A DNA stretch of 64,000 nt from Verrucomicrobiota bacterium (GCA_040387795.1 JAZKDC010000011.1:104561-168560); one strand, 5' to 3'. Positions 8,023-19,788 are shown, counted from the first letter of the stretch. Numbers and translations: made by a program. Notes: a model not told the origin generated them from the sequence alone.

Positions 8023-11000
8023 ATGCCCCCCCTGCCAATGATGCCCTCCACTTTACCCAGCCGGGAAGGATCCCGTCTGGCCGCCCTCCACAGTTATGAA
8101 GTGCTGGACACTTTGCCTGAGGAGTCGCTGGATGACCTGACCAAACTCGCGGCCCACATCTGCGGGGTGCCGACCGCTTTGATTTCCCTGATCGATGAAA
8201 ACCGGCAGTGGTTCAAATCCCGCGTCGGCCTGGAGGTGGTGGAAACGCCGTTGGATGTTTCTTTCTGCCTGCATGCGATCCAAAAGCCAGGGCTGTTTAT
8301 TGTGCCTGATGCCTCCAAGGATGCGCGGTTCGCCCAGAACCCGTTGGTGATGCGTGAGCCTCACATCCGTTTTTATGCGGGGACCTCTTTGATCAGTCCC
8401 GAGGGGCAGGCCCTGGGGACATTGTGTGTCATTGATCATCGACCCCGCAATCTGACGAGTGAGCAGGAGGAGGCCCTGCGGGTACTGGGACGGCAGGTAA
8501 TGATCCAATTGGAAACGCGTCGTCAGAACCGCGCCCTGCTTGCCAGCCAGGCGGAACGGGCGGATATTCTGGCTTCGGCGATGGACGCCATTGTCGTGAT
8601 GGATGGGCAGGGAATCATCCGGGAATTCAACCCGGCGGCGGAGATCATGTTTGGCTGGACCGCCGAAAGTGTCATTGGGCAGCTGCTGGCGGAAGTTATC
8701 GTGCCTCCCGCACTGCGTCAGCGGCATGGGGACGGGCTGCGTCATCGTCTGAAGACCGGGGAAGGCCCCATTGCCGGACAACGCTCGGAATTGATGGCGC
8801 TCCGGGCGGATGGCAGCGTTTTTCCGGTGGAGTTGAGTGTGATGCGCAGCCGGGGCCATGGGCCGCCCATGTTTATCGGCTTCATGCGCGATATCTCAGT
8901 GCGTCAGGCGGCGGAAGAGGCGCTGCGGGAAAGTGAGGAAAGGTTCCGGGGAACCTTCGAGCAGGCGGCGGTCGGGATCGCCCACATCTGCCCGGAGGGT
9001 CGGTTCCTGTGGGTGAATGACAAACTGTGCGGCATTCTCGGTTACACGAGGGAGGAATTACTGGGGAGGATTTCCGCTGATTTTACTGTGCCTCAGGACC
9101 ATGTGGCCGCTCAGGAAGCCCGCCGCTGCATGCTGGCGGGAGAACGCGCCTCCTACACGCTCGAAAAACGCTACCGCCGGAAGTCAGGGGAACAAATCTG
9201 GGTCAACTTGATCGCAACCCTGGAACGTACCGGGTCGGGTGATCCGAAGTATTTCACCCACGTCTCGGAGGACATCACGGCGCGGAAACTCGTGGAGGTC
9301 CGGCTGCGCCGCTTGAACCGGCTGCATACCGTGCTCAGCAAAATCGGCGGGGCGATCGTGCGGACCCCGGGGCGGGAGCCGCTTTATGCAGCGGTGTGCC
9401 GGATCCTTGTGGAGGACGGCCTGCTGCGCATGGCCTTCATTGCCGAAGTGGACCCGGAGGATGGCTTTGTCCATCCGGTGGCCGGCTGCGGCGTGGGTTT
9501 GCAATATCTGGACGGCCTGACCATCACCACGGACGACAGTTGCTTCAGTCAGGGCAGCGTAGGCACGGTCATGCGCACCGGGGTGCATGATGTCTGCAAT
9601 GACTTCGCCGCCGACCCGCGGATGCTGCCGTGGCGGGATCGCGCCGCGTTGCACGGCTTTCTCGCGACGGCTGCCTTTCCCCTGAAACTGGGGGGCACCA
9701 CCATCGGTGCCCTGGTCCTGTTTTCCGCGGAGGCCGGTTACTTCCAGGAGGACGAGGTCCGTCTCATGGTCGACGTGGCCAACAGCATGTCCTTCGCGCT
9801 GGAAGCCCAGCGCCGGGAGCAGCGCCGGGAGCAGGCAGTGAGCGCTCTGCGGGCCAGCACCACGGATCTCATCCGGGCGCAACGCATCGCCCATCTGGGC
9901 AGCTGGGTGCACACGCTGGCCACGGGCAGGCTGCAGTGGTCGGAGGAAACCTACCGGATCTTCGGGGTGGATGCCTCCAGTTTCGCGGTCAGTTATGAGT
10001 CCTTCCTCCTCGCCGTGCATCCGGAAGACCGGGACCGCCTGAGGGAAGCCCATCAACGCGCCATCTCCGGTGCCGGGGGGCTGGATACGGAACACCGTGT
10101 GGTGAGGCCTGACGGGACCTGGCGCTGGGTGCATGAGCTGGGGGAACTGGAGTGGGACAGCGGGGGGCAGCCGATCCGGCTCACGGGCACCACCCTGGAT
10201 ATTACCTTGCGCAAGACGGCCTCCCGGGCCCTGGAATGGAGTGAGGGCCAACTGCGTGCCCTCGCCGCTCAGTTGCAGACGGAACAGGCGCGTCTGGTGG
10301 AAGCCCAGGCCCTCGCCAAGGTGGGCAGTTGGGAGACCGGCCTGACCACCATGGATGTCATCTGGTCGGAGGAGGTCTATCGGATTTGCGGTAAAGATCC
10401 CGCACACTTCAAACCGACCCATCAGGGTTTCCTGAACATCGTCCATCCCGAGGACCTCGAGATGGTGCACCAGGCCTTTTTGCAATCGCTGGGACAGTCC
10501 TCGGCCTGCACCCTCGAACACCGGCTGCTGCTGCCTGACGGACGGATCAAGTTTGTCGAAGAGTGCTGGCAAAGCATCTGCGACGCCCGGGGAATGCCCC
10601 GCCGTGTTTTCGGCACCTGCCGGGATGTCACGGAACCCAGGAAAGTGGCCGCTGAGGCGCAGCGTACGTCCGCCCTGCTCCGGGCGGTGGCCGACGGCAC
10701 CCCCGACTCCGTATTCGTCAAGGACCTCTCGGGTTGCTACCTGCTCATGAATGAAGCAGGGGCACGTCTGGCCGGCCGGCCCGTGGAAGATATCCTGGGC
10801 AAGGATGATACCGCTATTTTCGGAACGGAAGGCGCCCGCATCACCATGCAAAGTGACCACCGGGTGATGATATCGGATCGACCGCACACCACGGAGGAAG
10901 TCCTCACGGCCGCCGGTGTGACGCGCACCTATCTGGCGACCAAAGCCCCCTACCGCGATGAACGCGGAAATGTTGTGGGAATGATAGGGATTTCACGCGA

Positions 11001-12570
11001 TATCACGGAACGGAAGGAAGCCATGGAGCGCATCGCCGAGCAGGCCGCGCTCATCGACGAAGCCCGCGACGCCATCTACGTGCGGGATTTGGACCACCGT
11101 ATCACCTTTTGGAGCAAAGGCGCCGAACGGCTGTTCGGGTGGACGGCGGAGGCGGCACTCGGCAGACTTGTCAGGGAGGTGCTGCCGGTGACTCCGGAGG
11201 AATTTGCCGAAGCGGACCGGGCCATCCGGGCCGCCGGGGTGTGGCAGGGGGAATTGCGGTTCACCAGCCGGGCCGGTGCCGCCGTCACCCTGGATAGCCG
11301 GTGGACTCTGATGCGTGACGCCCGGGGAGAGCCAAAGTCCATCCTGACCATTGATACCGACATCACCGAGAGCCGGAATCTCCGGCAGCAATTCCTCCGC
11401 TCTCAGCGGATGGAAAGCATCGGAACCCTTGCCGGGGGCATCGCGCATGACCTGAACAACGCCCTCGCTCCTATTATCATGTCGCTGGATCTGCTGAAAA
11501 TGCGCTTCCCCGATGAAGAGAGCATGGATTTGCTGGGCATCATCCGTTCCAGTGCGCAACGCGGGGCGGATATGGTGCGGCAGGTGCTTTCCTTTGCGCG
11601 CGGGGTCGAAGGCCGGCACGAGGTAGTACGGATTCCCCCTCTGGTTGAAGAAGTTGCCAAAATCGCCAACGAAACCTTTCTCAAGCACATCCGCATCGAA
11701 ACCACCCTCGCCGCCGGGCTTTGGACCGTCATGGGCGATCCTACCCAACTGCATCAGGTGCTGCTCAATCTCTGCGTCAATGCGCGGGATGCCATGCCGC
11801 AGGGAGGCACCCTGACGATCTCCGCGGAAAACGTCAGTATCGACGAGCAATACGCCGGGCTTTATGATGGCGCCCAACCGGGCTCGCATCTCCTGCTCCA
11901 GGTGGAAGACACCGGCACGGGGATGCCTCCCGGGTTGATCGAAAAAATCTTTGACCCCTTTTTCACCACCAAAGAGTTGGGGAAAGGAACCGGACTGGGT
12001 CTCTCCACTTCCATCGCCATTCTCAAAAGTCATGGTGGGTTCATGCGCGTGGAAAGCACGGTGGGGGTGGGGAGCCGCTTCAAAATCTACCTGCCCGCAC
12101 AGGTTTGCGTGGACACTGATTCGCTGGTGTCCGAAGGGAAGGACTTGCCCCGTGGCCACGGTGAGTTGATCCTCGTGGTCGATGACGAACTGCGGGTCCG
12201 GGAAATCACCCAACAGACCCTGGAAGCCTTTGGTTACCGCGTGGTGCTGGCAAATGACGGGGCCGATGCCGTGGCGGTGTACGCCAGCCGTTCCTCCGAA
12301 ATCTCCGCTGTCCTGACCGATATGATGATGCCCGTGATGGACGGCCCCACGGCAATCCTGGTGCTGCGCCGCCTGAATCCCCACCTGCCCATCCTTGCTG
12401 CCAGCGGCCTGGCCATCGACGAACATGTGGCCAAAGTCGCCTCCCTTGGGGTCAAACATTTCCTGCCCAAACCATATACCGCTCAAGCCCTGTTGGTGAT
12501 GCTTCAGGAGTTGATTGGAGCAGGCACAAATCCGCTGCTTGGAGATGGTATAAATGCCGGGGATGAGTGA
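8023..12570 (+). CDS. Hybrid sensor histidine kinase (GAF-PAS-PAS-GAF-PASx4-HisKA-HATPase-REC)
   Basis: 1515 aa. N-terminal GAF ([13 protein letters not shown]), several PAS/PAC units (ERFR..F, WVN.., DITERK), H-box [16 protein letters not shown] boxes ([25 protein letters not shown]), and a C-terminal receiver ([20 protein letters not shown]). Confidence 0.9.
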   Translation: MPPLPMMPSTLPSREGSRLAALHSYEVLDTLPEESLDDLTKLAAHICGVPTALISLIDENRQWFKSRVGLEVVETPLDVSFCLHAIQKPGLFIVPDASKDARFAQNPLVMREPHIRFYAGTSLISPEGQALGTLCVIDHRPRNLTSEQEEALRVLGRQVMIQLETRRQNRALLASQAERADILASAMDAIVVMDGQGIIREFNPAAEIMFGWTAESVIGQLLAEVIVPPALRQRHGDGLRHRLKTGEGPIAGQRSELMALRADGSVFPVELSVMRSRGHGPPMFIGFMRDISVRQAAEEALRESEERFRGTFEQAAVGIAHICPEGRFLWVNDKLCGILGYTREELLGRISADFTVPQDHVAAQEARRCMLAGERASYTLEKRYRRKSGEQIWVNLIATLERTGSGDPKYFTHVSEDITARKLVEVRLRRLNRLHTVLSKIGGAIVRTPGREPLYAAVCRILVEDGLLRMAFIAEVDPEDGFVHPVAGCGVGLQYLDGLTITTDDSCFSQGSVGTVMRTGVHDVCNDFAADPRMLPWRDRAALHGFLATAAFPLKLGGTTIGALVLFSAEAGYFQEDEVRLMVDVANSMSFALEAQRREQRREQAVSALRASTTDLIRAQRIAHLGSWVHTLATGRLQWSEETYRIFGVDASSFAVSYESFLLAVHPEDRDRLREAHQRAISGAGGLDTEHRVVRPDGTWRWVHELGELEWDSGGQPIRLTGTTLDITLRKTASRALEWSEGQLRALAAQLQTEQARLVEAQALAKVGSWETGLTTMDVIWSEEVYRICGKDPAHFKPTHQGFLNIVHPEDLEMVHQAFLQSLGQSSACTLEHRLLLPDGRIKFVEECWQSICDARGMPRRVFGTCRDVTEPRKVAAEAQRTSALLRAVADGTPDSVFVKDLSGCYLLMNEAGARLAGRPVEDILGKDDTAIFGTEGARITMQSDHRVMISDRPHTTEEVLTAAGVTRTYLATKAPYRDERGNVVGMIGISRDITERKEAMERIAEQAALIDEARDAIYVRDLDHRITFWSKGAERLFGWTAEAALGRLVREVLPVTPEEFAEADRAIRAAGVWQGELRFTSRAGAAVTLDSRWTLMRDARGEPKSILTIDTDITESRNLRQQFLRSQRMESIGTLAGGIAHDLNNALAPIIMSLDLLKMRFPDEESMDLLGIIRSSAQRGADMVRQVLSFARGVEGRHEVVRIPPLVEEVAKIANETFLKHIRIETTLAAGLWTVMGDPTQLHQVLLNLCVNARDAMPQGGTLTISAENVSIDEQYAGLYDGAQPGSHLLLQVEDTGTGMPPGLIEKIFDPFFTTKELGKGTGLGLSTSIAILKSHGGFMRVESTVGVGSRFKIYLPAQVCVDTDSLVSEGKDLPRGHGELILVVDDELRVREITQQTLEAFGYRVVLANDGADAVAVYASRSSEISAVLTDMMMPVMDGPTAILVLRRLNPHLPILAASGLAIDEHVAKVASLGVKHFLPKPYTAQALLVMLQELIGAGTNPLLGDGINAGDE

Positions 12571-12586
12571 ACGCAGGCCATGAGCA

Positions 12587-12628
12587 GGCAATTGGGCGGT
12601 CTGAAGCGCATTGGCGCCACTAATTGCC
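12587..12628 (+). terminator. Possible terminator/stem-loop after the histidine kinase
   Basis: GGCAATT...AATTGCC outer stem with inner GC pairs, 17 nt after the stop, followed by ctatggTTTGTaat. The U-tract is weak. Confidence 0.25.
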
Positions 12629-12913
12629 CTATGGTTTGTAATAAATGCAACCCGCTCAGGGCACCAAAGAGCCTATCCAGGAGTGAAAGGCCGCGGGAGC
12701 GCCACCGACCACGGTCTGGAGCGCGGCATCCCTGGCAGAACGGCGGGCGGCGACGGCGGAACGGGCCTTCGCGGCTGGATCCGCCACGGGGAGGCGGCTG
12801 GTTTTACGGAGGGCGGGGCAGCGGGGGGATCAAGGTGGACCGGGAAGTTGGGTGAAGGGGATGCCGCCTTGGATCAAAGGAGGCGGTGCCTGCGGGAGAA
12901 GGGACGTGTTCAG

Positions 12914-12942
12914 GGGTTTGGATTTTCAGGGATTCAGGAAAG
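12914..12942. repeat. Copy 2 of the cfa-proximal motif (GGGTTTGGATTTTCAGGGATTCAGGAAAG)
   Basis: Read directly. It lies in a 690-nt gene-free gap. The minus-strand continuation translates LNTSLLPQAPPPL, compared with the cfa N-terminus MNTSSLPTVPPAL. Confidence 0.65.
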
Positions 12943-13262
12943 GGCGGGCCGGTCAGGGGCCGCTGCCGCGGTGCGGTCATTGGTCGGGCGGGAAGACTCC
13001 CGCTTGGGCCCGGGAGGTTTCGTTGGGGGGGCGCTGGCCACAGTGGCGCCGCGGGGCCGCGGCAGGAAAGCGGCAGCAGGCGGCTCCCGGTTCAAGTCAG
13101 AGAAATGCCCCTCACAGCCCCTTTTGTTTTTTCAGTGGCCCCGCAACACGGCTATGACCGGACTGGTCCACGGGATGCGGGAATTCTGCAAAAACCAGCG
13201 CGCTGGAGTTGCCGTGTCCCGAAAATGATGATACTCCCCTCGAAATAATCCATCAATCCTCC

Positions 13263-13484
13263 ATGAAACAAATTGCCCTGCTGCTGTCCGGAGCCTCCAT
13301 CGCCATCCTCTTCTCCTCCTGCGCGGCCGGCGTGGTGGACCGCACCGAAGACCGCTACGACCGCCGGGAAGACCGGGTGGACCGCCGCCACTACTCCGGT
13401 CCCGGCGACCGGGCCGAAGATTACTATGACAAACGGGAGAATGTGAATGACAAGCTCCGCGGGCGCCGCGGGCTGCGTTACTAA
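13263..13484 (+). CDS. Small lipoprotein with Arg/Asp-rich repeats
   Basis: ATG 13263 gives MKQIALLLSGASIAILFSSC (lipobox). The mature part is DRTEDRYDRREDRVDRR..DRAEDYYDKRE. No family recognised. Confidence 0.5.
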   Translation: MKQIALLLSGASIAILFSSCAAGVVDRTEDRYDRREDRVDRRHYSGPGDRAEDYYDKRENVNDKLRGRRGLRY

Positions 13485-13553
13485 CCTCTGCCGTGCCGCG
13501 GCCTGAAAGTCCTGGGTGCCTCCGGCCGCCTCCCTTCCTGCATACCGTTCCTT

Positions 13554-14339
13554 ATGTTCTTTTGGATTTACGATATTCCAACCTGGCAGCTGGGGCTGCT
13601 GTTTGCGGTGCTCTTCGTGGGCATCACCTGGGCGGGGATCTTTTTTGTCACTCCGTTTCTGAAACTCTGGCTGAAAGGCCAGGAGGGCATCAATGATCTG
13701 GTGGGGTATGCACTCTCCGGCTTTGGGGTATTTTATGGGCTGCTGCTGGGATTGCTGGCGGTGGCCACGTATCAGAATTCCACAGACGTCAGTGCCACCG
13801 TATCCAAGGAAGCTGCCTCCCTCGGGGCTCTCTACCGGGATATCTCAGCGTATCCGGAACCGGTCCGGACGGAACTTACGGGGCGGCTGCGCACCTATAC
13901 GGAATTTGTGATCAAAAAGGCCTGGCCCTCCCAGCGCAAAGGAGAGGTGCCCCAGGGCAGTGTGCAGATGATGGATGATTTCCAGCGGGTGCTCACCAGC
14001 TTTGAGCCCACCACCAAAGGACAGGAACTGCTGCATGGGGAGGCCCTGCGGCAATACAATGATATGATCCTGCTGCGCCGGCAGCGCATCCAGAGCATCG
14101 GCACCGGAATCCCCGGGGTGATGTGGTATGTGGTCGGAGTGGGCGCGGTGATCAATACCCTGCTCATCCTATGTTTCCGCATGAGATTGGATATCCATCT
14201 GGTGATCGGAGGGGCTCTGTCGTTTTTCGTGGGGGTGCTGATTTTCCTGGTGGCCGCGATGGACTATCCCTTCCGGGGAGAGGTCAGCATCGGGCCGGAA
14301 CCTTTCCAGCTGATCTATACTACCTTAATGTCCCAATGA
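13554..14339 (+). CDS. DUF4239 family membrane protein
   Basis: N-terminal TM (WQLGLLFAVLFVGITWAGIFF), a second TM pair, and a central helical region (EAASLGALYRD..YPEP.., RQRIQS) followed by C-terminal TMs. This layout matches my memory of DUF4239. Confidence 0.6.
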   Translation: MFFWIYDIPTWQLGLLFAVLFVGITWAGIFFVTPFLKLWLKGQEGINDLVGYALSGFGVFYGLLLGLLAVATYQNSTDVSATVSKEAASLGALYRDISAYPEPVRTELTGRLRTYTEFVIKKAWPSQRKGEVPQGSVQMMDDFQRVLTSFEPTTKGQELLHGEALRQYNDMILLRRQRIQSIGTGIPGVMWYVVGVGAVINTLLILCFRMRLDIHLVIGGALSFFVGVLIFLVAAMDYPFRGEVSIGPEPFQLIYTTLMSQ

Positions 14340-14363
14340 AGCCCCGCTCCTGGATTCCTGCAT

Positions 14364-15062
14364 ATGGCTACCTTTGAAATCGAAAGCTCCGAGGGCACCC
14401 GCTGGGCAAAAGTCACCCTGAGTGATGAAACCGTGGTCGCGGAACGCGGCGCCCTCTCCTGGATGACCGGTGATATCCAGATGAAGGCGAAGCTGCCCGG
14501 CCCGATCCGGCTGATCCGCGCCGCGCTGTCCGGCGAAGAGGCCTTCCGTCCCAGCTATACCGGTACCGGACTGCTGTATCTGGAATCCAGCCTCGGCGGA
14601 TTCCATGAGCTGGACCTGCCCGGAGACGAGGCGTGGGTGATCGAAAGCGGGGCCTACTGGGCCTCCGAAGCCAAGGTGCATCAGACCTTCATCCGTGAAA
14701 AAATGATGACTTCCCTCAGGACCGGCGAGGGGTTCCTGAGCTTCCAGACCAAGGTGTCCGGGAAGGGGAAGGTGATGTTGTGTTCCCCGGGTCCGGTGGA
14801 GGAAGTGGTGCTCTCCAAATCCGCGCCGAACCGTGGCCGCATCGTGGCGGATGGCAAACAAGTACTGGCCCGCACGGCCGGAGTGAAATATTCCGTCAGT
14901 CTGCCCGGCTGGATGCCATGGAGCAGGATGACGTCCGGGGAGCAGTTGCTGCGCACCTATGAAGGGGAGGGACGGCTTTTGATGTGCACCACTCCTTTCT
15001 GGCGGTTTAAAATGTCCCAACTGAAGCAACAGCAGCAGGATCCCGATCTGGACATCCAATAA
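14364..15062 (+). CDS. AIM24 (DUF124/TIGR00266) family protein
   Basis: N-terminus FEIESSEGTRWAKVTLSDETVVAERGALSWMTGDIQM and later WVIESGAYWASE, FLSFQTKVSGKGKVMLCSPGP and LLRTYEGEGRLLM fit the AIM24 beta-rich family pattern. Confidence 0.65.
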   Translation: MATFEIESSEGTRWAKVTLSDETVVAERGALSWMTGDIQMKAKLPGPIRLIRAALSGEEAFRPSYTGTGLLYLESSLGGFHELDLPGDEAWVIESGAYWASEAKVHQTFIREKMMTSLRTGEGFLSFQTKVSGKGKVMLCSPGPVEEVVLSKSAPNRGRIVADGKQVLARTAGVKYSVSLPGWMPWSRMTSGEQLLRTYEGEGRLLMCTTPFWRFKMSQLKQQQQDPDLDIQ

Positions 15063-15211
15063 CCCAGCCCCATCCTCCGGCACCCCCCATGAAAACCCGA
15101 CCAACATGCCTGGTGCCCACCACGCTGGGTTGCCCCGAGCGGTTATGGTGGAGTTGAGGTGCTTTGGTTCCTTTCCTGAAAATGGCTATTAAACACTCCC
15201 GCTTCCAGCCC

Positions 15212-16060
15212 ATGAATTTATCCCGTTTCCCCTTTGGCACCACCTGCAGCCTGCTGGTCCTGGCGGTTTCCCCCGTCCTGGCAGGCTCCGCACCGGCTCC
15301 GGCTTCCTCCCCGGCTGCGGCGGTGGGGGCCAGTGCAGAAGTCGACCTCGCCAAACAACTGGCCAATCCGGTCGCCAGCCTCATTTCGGTGCCGTTCCAG
15401 GGGAACTGGGATTTTGGCATCGGGATCAATGATGCCACCCGCTTCACCCTCAATGTTCAGCCGGTCATCCCGGTCAGCCTGACGGAAGATTGGAACCTCA
15501 TCATCCGCACCATCCTGCCGGTGATTGATGCGGAGTCCCCCGCTCCCGGGATCGACGATGACTCGGGTCTGGGCGACACCGTGCAGAGTTTTTTCTTTTC
15601 CCCCAGGGAGCCCGTCAATGGCTGGATCCTCGCCGCCGGTCCCGTCGCGCTCTGGCCGACCGCCACCGACAGTCTGCTGGGCGGGGAGAAGTGGGGCGCG
15701 GGTCCCACCGGTCTGGCGCTGAAACAATCCGGCCCCTGGACCTACGGGGTGCTCACGAATCATCTCTGGTCCTTTGCCGGGGAGGATGACCGCAGCGAGG
15801 TGAATGCCACCTTCATCCAGCCCTTCTGTTCGTATATCACCAGCACCAAGACCACCTTCACGATCAATTCGGAATCCACCTATGACTGGACGAACGAACA
15901 ATGGTCCATGCCCTTCAACTTTGTGATCTCCCAGCTTTTCAAAGTCGGCGGTCAGCCCATGCAGGCCTTTGTCGGGGGCCGCTATTATGCGGATGCGCCG
16001 CAGGGTGGACCCGAGTGGGGGCTCCGCGCGGGATTGATCCTGCTCTTCCCCAAAAGTTAG
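15212..16060 (+). CDS. Putative outer-membrane beta-barrel protein (MetA/phenol-degradation-like 'transporter' family)
   Basis: Signal peptide (MNLSRFPFGTTCSLLVLAVSPVLAGSA), a conserved N-terminal block LANPVASLISVPFQGNWDFGIG, alternating beta-strand pattern, and a terminal aromatic (LILLFPKS). Confidence 0.55.
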   Translation: MNLSRFPFGTTCSLLVLAVSPVLAGSAPAPASSPAAAVGASAEVDLAKQLANPVASLISVPFQGNWDFGIGINDATRFTLNVQPVIPVSLTEDWNLIIRTILPVIDAESPAPGIDDDSGLGDTVQSFFFSPREPVNGWILAAGPVALWPTATDSLLGGEKWGAGPTGLALKQSGPWTYGVLTNHLWSFAGEDDRSEVNATFIQPFCSYITSTKTTFTINSESTYDWTNEQWSMPFNFVISQLFKVGGQPMQAFVGGRYYADAPQGGPEWGLRAGLILLFPKS

Positions 16061-16183
16061 GCCAGGCTTGCCACCCCCCCCTTTCTCCCATCGTCTCCTC
16101 AAGCAAACAGCGCTGCAGGCTCCGGCCGCTTTTGGTCTCCACGCGGCTTCCCGGTGAGCTCTGTCCGCAAAACAATCCACTCC

Positions 16184-17014
16184 ATGAAAACACGCCCGTT
16201 ATTGCTCCGCTTTCTTTCCTCCGCCGTCCTATGCGGTTCCGCCGCCATCATGCTGGCGGCCGATCCCGCGACCCAGCCCGCCCCGGCCGCCGACGCCGCT
16301 GCTCCCGCGGAAAAGGAACCCGCCGCGGTGGACCCTCAGGCTCTCACCATTCTGAAACGCGCCGTCGACCTGCTGGCGGGAGCCGCGCAGTTCTCCGTCA
16401 GCGCGGAAATCTGGGAGGAGGTGCTCCTTGAAAATGGCACCGTCGCCCAGACCGCCAAAACCGCGGACATCAGACCGCGCCGGCCTGACCGCCTGCAGGT
16501 GGATGTCAAAACCACCAAACCCAAACGGAGTTTTTTCTATGACGGCAAAACCCTCAGTGTGGTGGACCGGCAGAAAAACTACTTTGGGGCCACCGCCGTG
16601 CCGGCCACCATCGACGAAACGTTGAACAAGGCCAGCGAGGTCTATGGCATCAACTTCCCGCTGGAGGATCTTCTGCTCAGCCGGCCTTTTGGGGACGGCG
16701 GAGCCAAGGCGGCCGCCGGGGATTATCTTGGCCCCCAGATGGTGTTGGGCACCCTCTGCCATCATCTCGCCTTCCGCAGCGAATCGGTGGACTGGCAGGT
16801 CTGGATCCAGGACGGGCCCGTGCCCGTGATCCGGAAAGCAGTGCTCGCTTCCGGCGGGGAAGAGGAAGCTGCCAAGGTCACCTTCCTTTTCATCCACTGG
16901 GATATGACCACGCCATTGCCGGACTTCCTTTTCACCTACGATCCTCCTGCGGATGCCACCAAGGTGGAAATCCTGCCTGAGCCGGCCCAGCCTGCCGCCG
17001 AACCCGCCAAATAA
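16184..17014 (+). CDS. DUF2092 (LolA-like periplasmic) domain protein
   Basis: Signal peptide from ATG 16184. Blocks AQFSVSAEIWEEV, RPDRLQVDV, FFYDGKTLSVVD, YFGATAVPATIDETL and YGINFPLEDLL match DUF2092 as I remember it. Confidence 0.7.
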   Translation: MKTRPLLLRFLSSAVLCGSAAIMLAADPATQPAPAADAAAPAEKEPAAVDPQALTILKRAVDLLAGAAQFSVSAEIWEEVLLENGTVAQTAKTADIRPRRPDRLQVDVKTTKPKRSFFYDGKTLSVVDRQKNYFGATAVPATIDETLNKASEVYGINFPLEDLLLSRPFGDGGAKAAAGDYLGPQMVLGTLCHHLAFRSESVDWQVWIQDGPVPVIRKAVLASGGEEEAAKVTFLFIHWDMTTPLPDFLFTYDPPADATKVEILPEPAQPAAEPAK

Positions 17015-17035
17015 CCCACCCACCTTTCCTGTGTT

Positions 17036-17590
17036 ATGAAAACCACTCTTGCTGTCTCTCTCCGGACCACCCTCGTCCTGGCGTTGGTCGCCGCGCCACT
17101 CGCCAATGTCCTCGCCTATCCGCGGGTGAACCGGAATGTGAACGTGAACCGGAACGTCAACGTCAACCGGGGCAACGTGAATGTGAACCGGAACGTCAAC
17201 GTAAACCGCAACGTGAATGTGAACCGGAACTACAACTACCACCGCCACGTCGATGTGGACGTCCACCGCCATGGCGGCTTCGGAGTCGGGGTGGCTGCCG
17301 GTCTGGTCACCGGAGCGGTGATCGGTGCGGCGGTGGCCTCTCCGCCCCGTGGCTATGCCACGGTCTATTACGGCAATTCGTCTTATGCCTATTATGGCGG
17401 CACCTACTATCAACCCGGGCCCTCCGGCTACGTGGTGGTGGCGCCTCCCGTGGGAGTGGTGGTTCCGATGCTGCCGCCCGGCTGTGCGCCCTACGTGGTC
17501 AATGGCATCACCTACTATGGATTGAACGGCCTCTATTATCAGCCGGTAATGGTCGGCGGAGTGATCCAATACCGGACCGTGATCCTATAG
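17036..17590 (+). CDS. Secreted/anchored repeat protein: NVNVNR hexapeptide array + Gly-zipper helix + Tyr-rich C-terminal domain
   Basis: Signal peptide, then (NVNVNR)n degenerating to NYNYHR/HVDVDVHRH, then GFGVGVAAGLVTGAVIGAAVA, then a YYG..YY..YYQP Tyr-rich tail. A strong terminator follows. Confidence 0.65.
   Translation: MKTTLAVSLRTTLVLALVAAPLANVLAYPRVNRNVNVNRNVNVNRGNVNVNRNVNVNRNVNVNRNYNYHRHVDVDVHRHGGFGVGVAAGLVTGAVIGAAVASPPRGYATVYYGNSSYAYYGGTYYQPGPSGYVVVAPPVGVVVPMLPPGCAPYVVNGITYYGLNGLYYQPVMVGGVIQYRTVIL
17126..17272 (+). repeat. In-frame 18-nt tandem repeat encoding (N-V-N-V-N-R)n
   Basis: The sequence gtgaaccggaatgtgaacgtgaaccggaacgtcaacgtcaaccgg... is read directly. There are about 7-8 imperfect units with synonymous variation. 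Confidence 0.85.
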
Positions 17591-17604
17591 CGGCGTAATT
17601 TGAT

Positions 17605-17644
17605 GGCACGTGCTTCCGCTTCGCGGGGCACGTGCCTTTTTTTT
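17605..17644 (+). terminator. Rho-independent terminator
   Basis: GGCACGTGC-(14 nt)-GCACGTGCC stem followed by T8, 15 nt after the stop at 17590. Confidence 0.8.
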
Positions 17645-17758
17645 GGATATTGTTGCCGGATCCAGTGCAGGCACACCCGTCCACGGTTTCTCCTGGAAGA
17701 TTGACCGGGATGGCCTGGATGAGGGCGTGGCCCTTTGGGGGCTGCTTAAGGCCAGGAA

Positions 17759-19552
<1,794 letters not shown>

Positions 19553-19724
19553 GGTGATTCAGGGAAAAAATTTGGGGACGCGCAGCCTGCCTTGAAATCC
19601 GGGGGCGGCAAGCGGTGGTTTTTCGCCCGGATTCCAGTGCTGGCATCCGCCCGGTGACCGATGCCAGCCGTCCCCTGAGCCTGCCCCACGGGCTGTAACC
19701 CCGGCCCCCCAACACCAGGCCCTT

Positions 19725-19754
19725 CCTCCCTTCGTGGGAGGGCGGGTTTTGTGT
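19725..19754 (+). terminator. Orphan terminator-like hairpin (plus strand)
   Basis: CCTCCC-ttcgt-GGGAGG followed by gcggGTTTTGTGTT. No annotated plus-strand gene lies upstream. Confidence 0.35.
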
Positions 19755-19788
19755 TGGGGGGGGCTGGTGCCCAGTCTATAAGGGAGCA

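Noticed and set aside
9184-12591. Two long minus-strand ORFs (567 aa and 532 aa)
   Set aside because: They are antisense to the histidine kinase, whose plus-strand frame carries unmistakable GAF/PAS/HisKA/HATPase/REC motifs. The antisense products are low-complexity.
12611-13248. Three overlapping 100-205-aa plus-strand ORFs in the gap after the histidine kinase
   Set aside because: The translations are Gly/Arg/Ala-rich with no start context and no motifs. They overlap one another in different frames. The region is treated as non-coding.
17126-17272. Possible CRISPR-like or non-coding tandem array
   Set aside because: The period is 18 nt with no spacers. The array is in frame inside a signal-peptide-bearing ORF with synonymous variation, so it is a coding hexapeptide repeat.
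19553-19700. T-box or other known leader upstream of aspS
   Set aside because: I could not recognise a specifier loop/T-box motif or any riboswitch core by eye. The structures present are generic GC hairpins.
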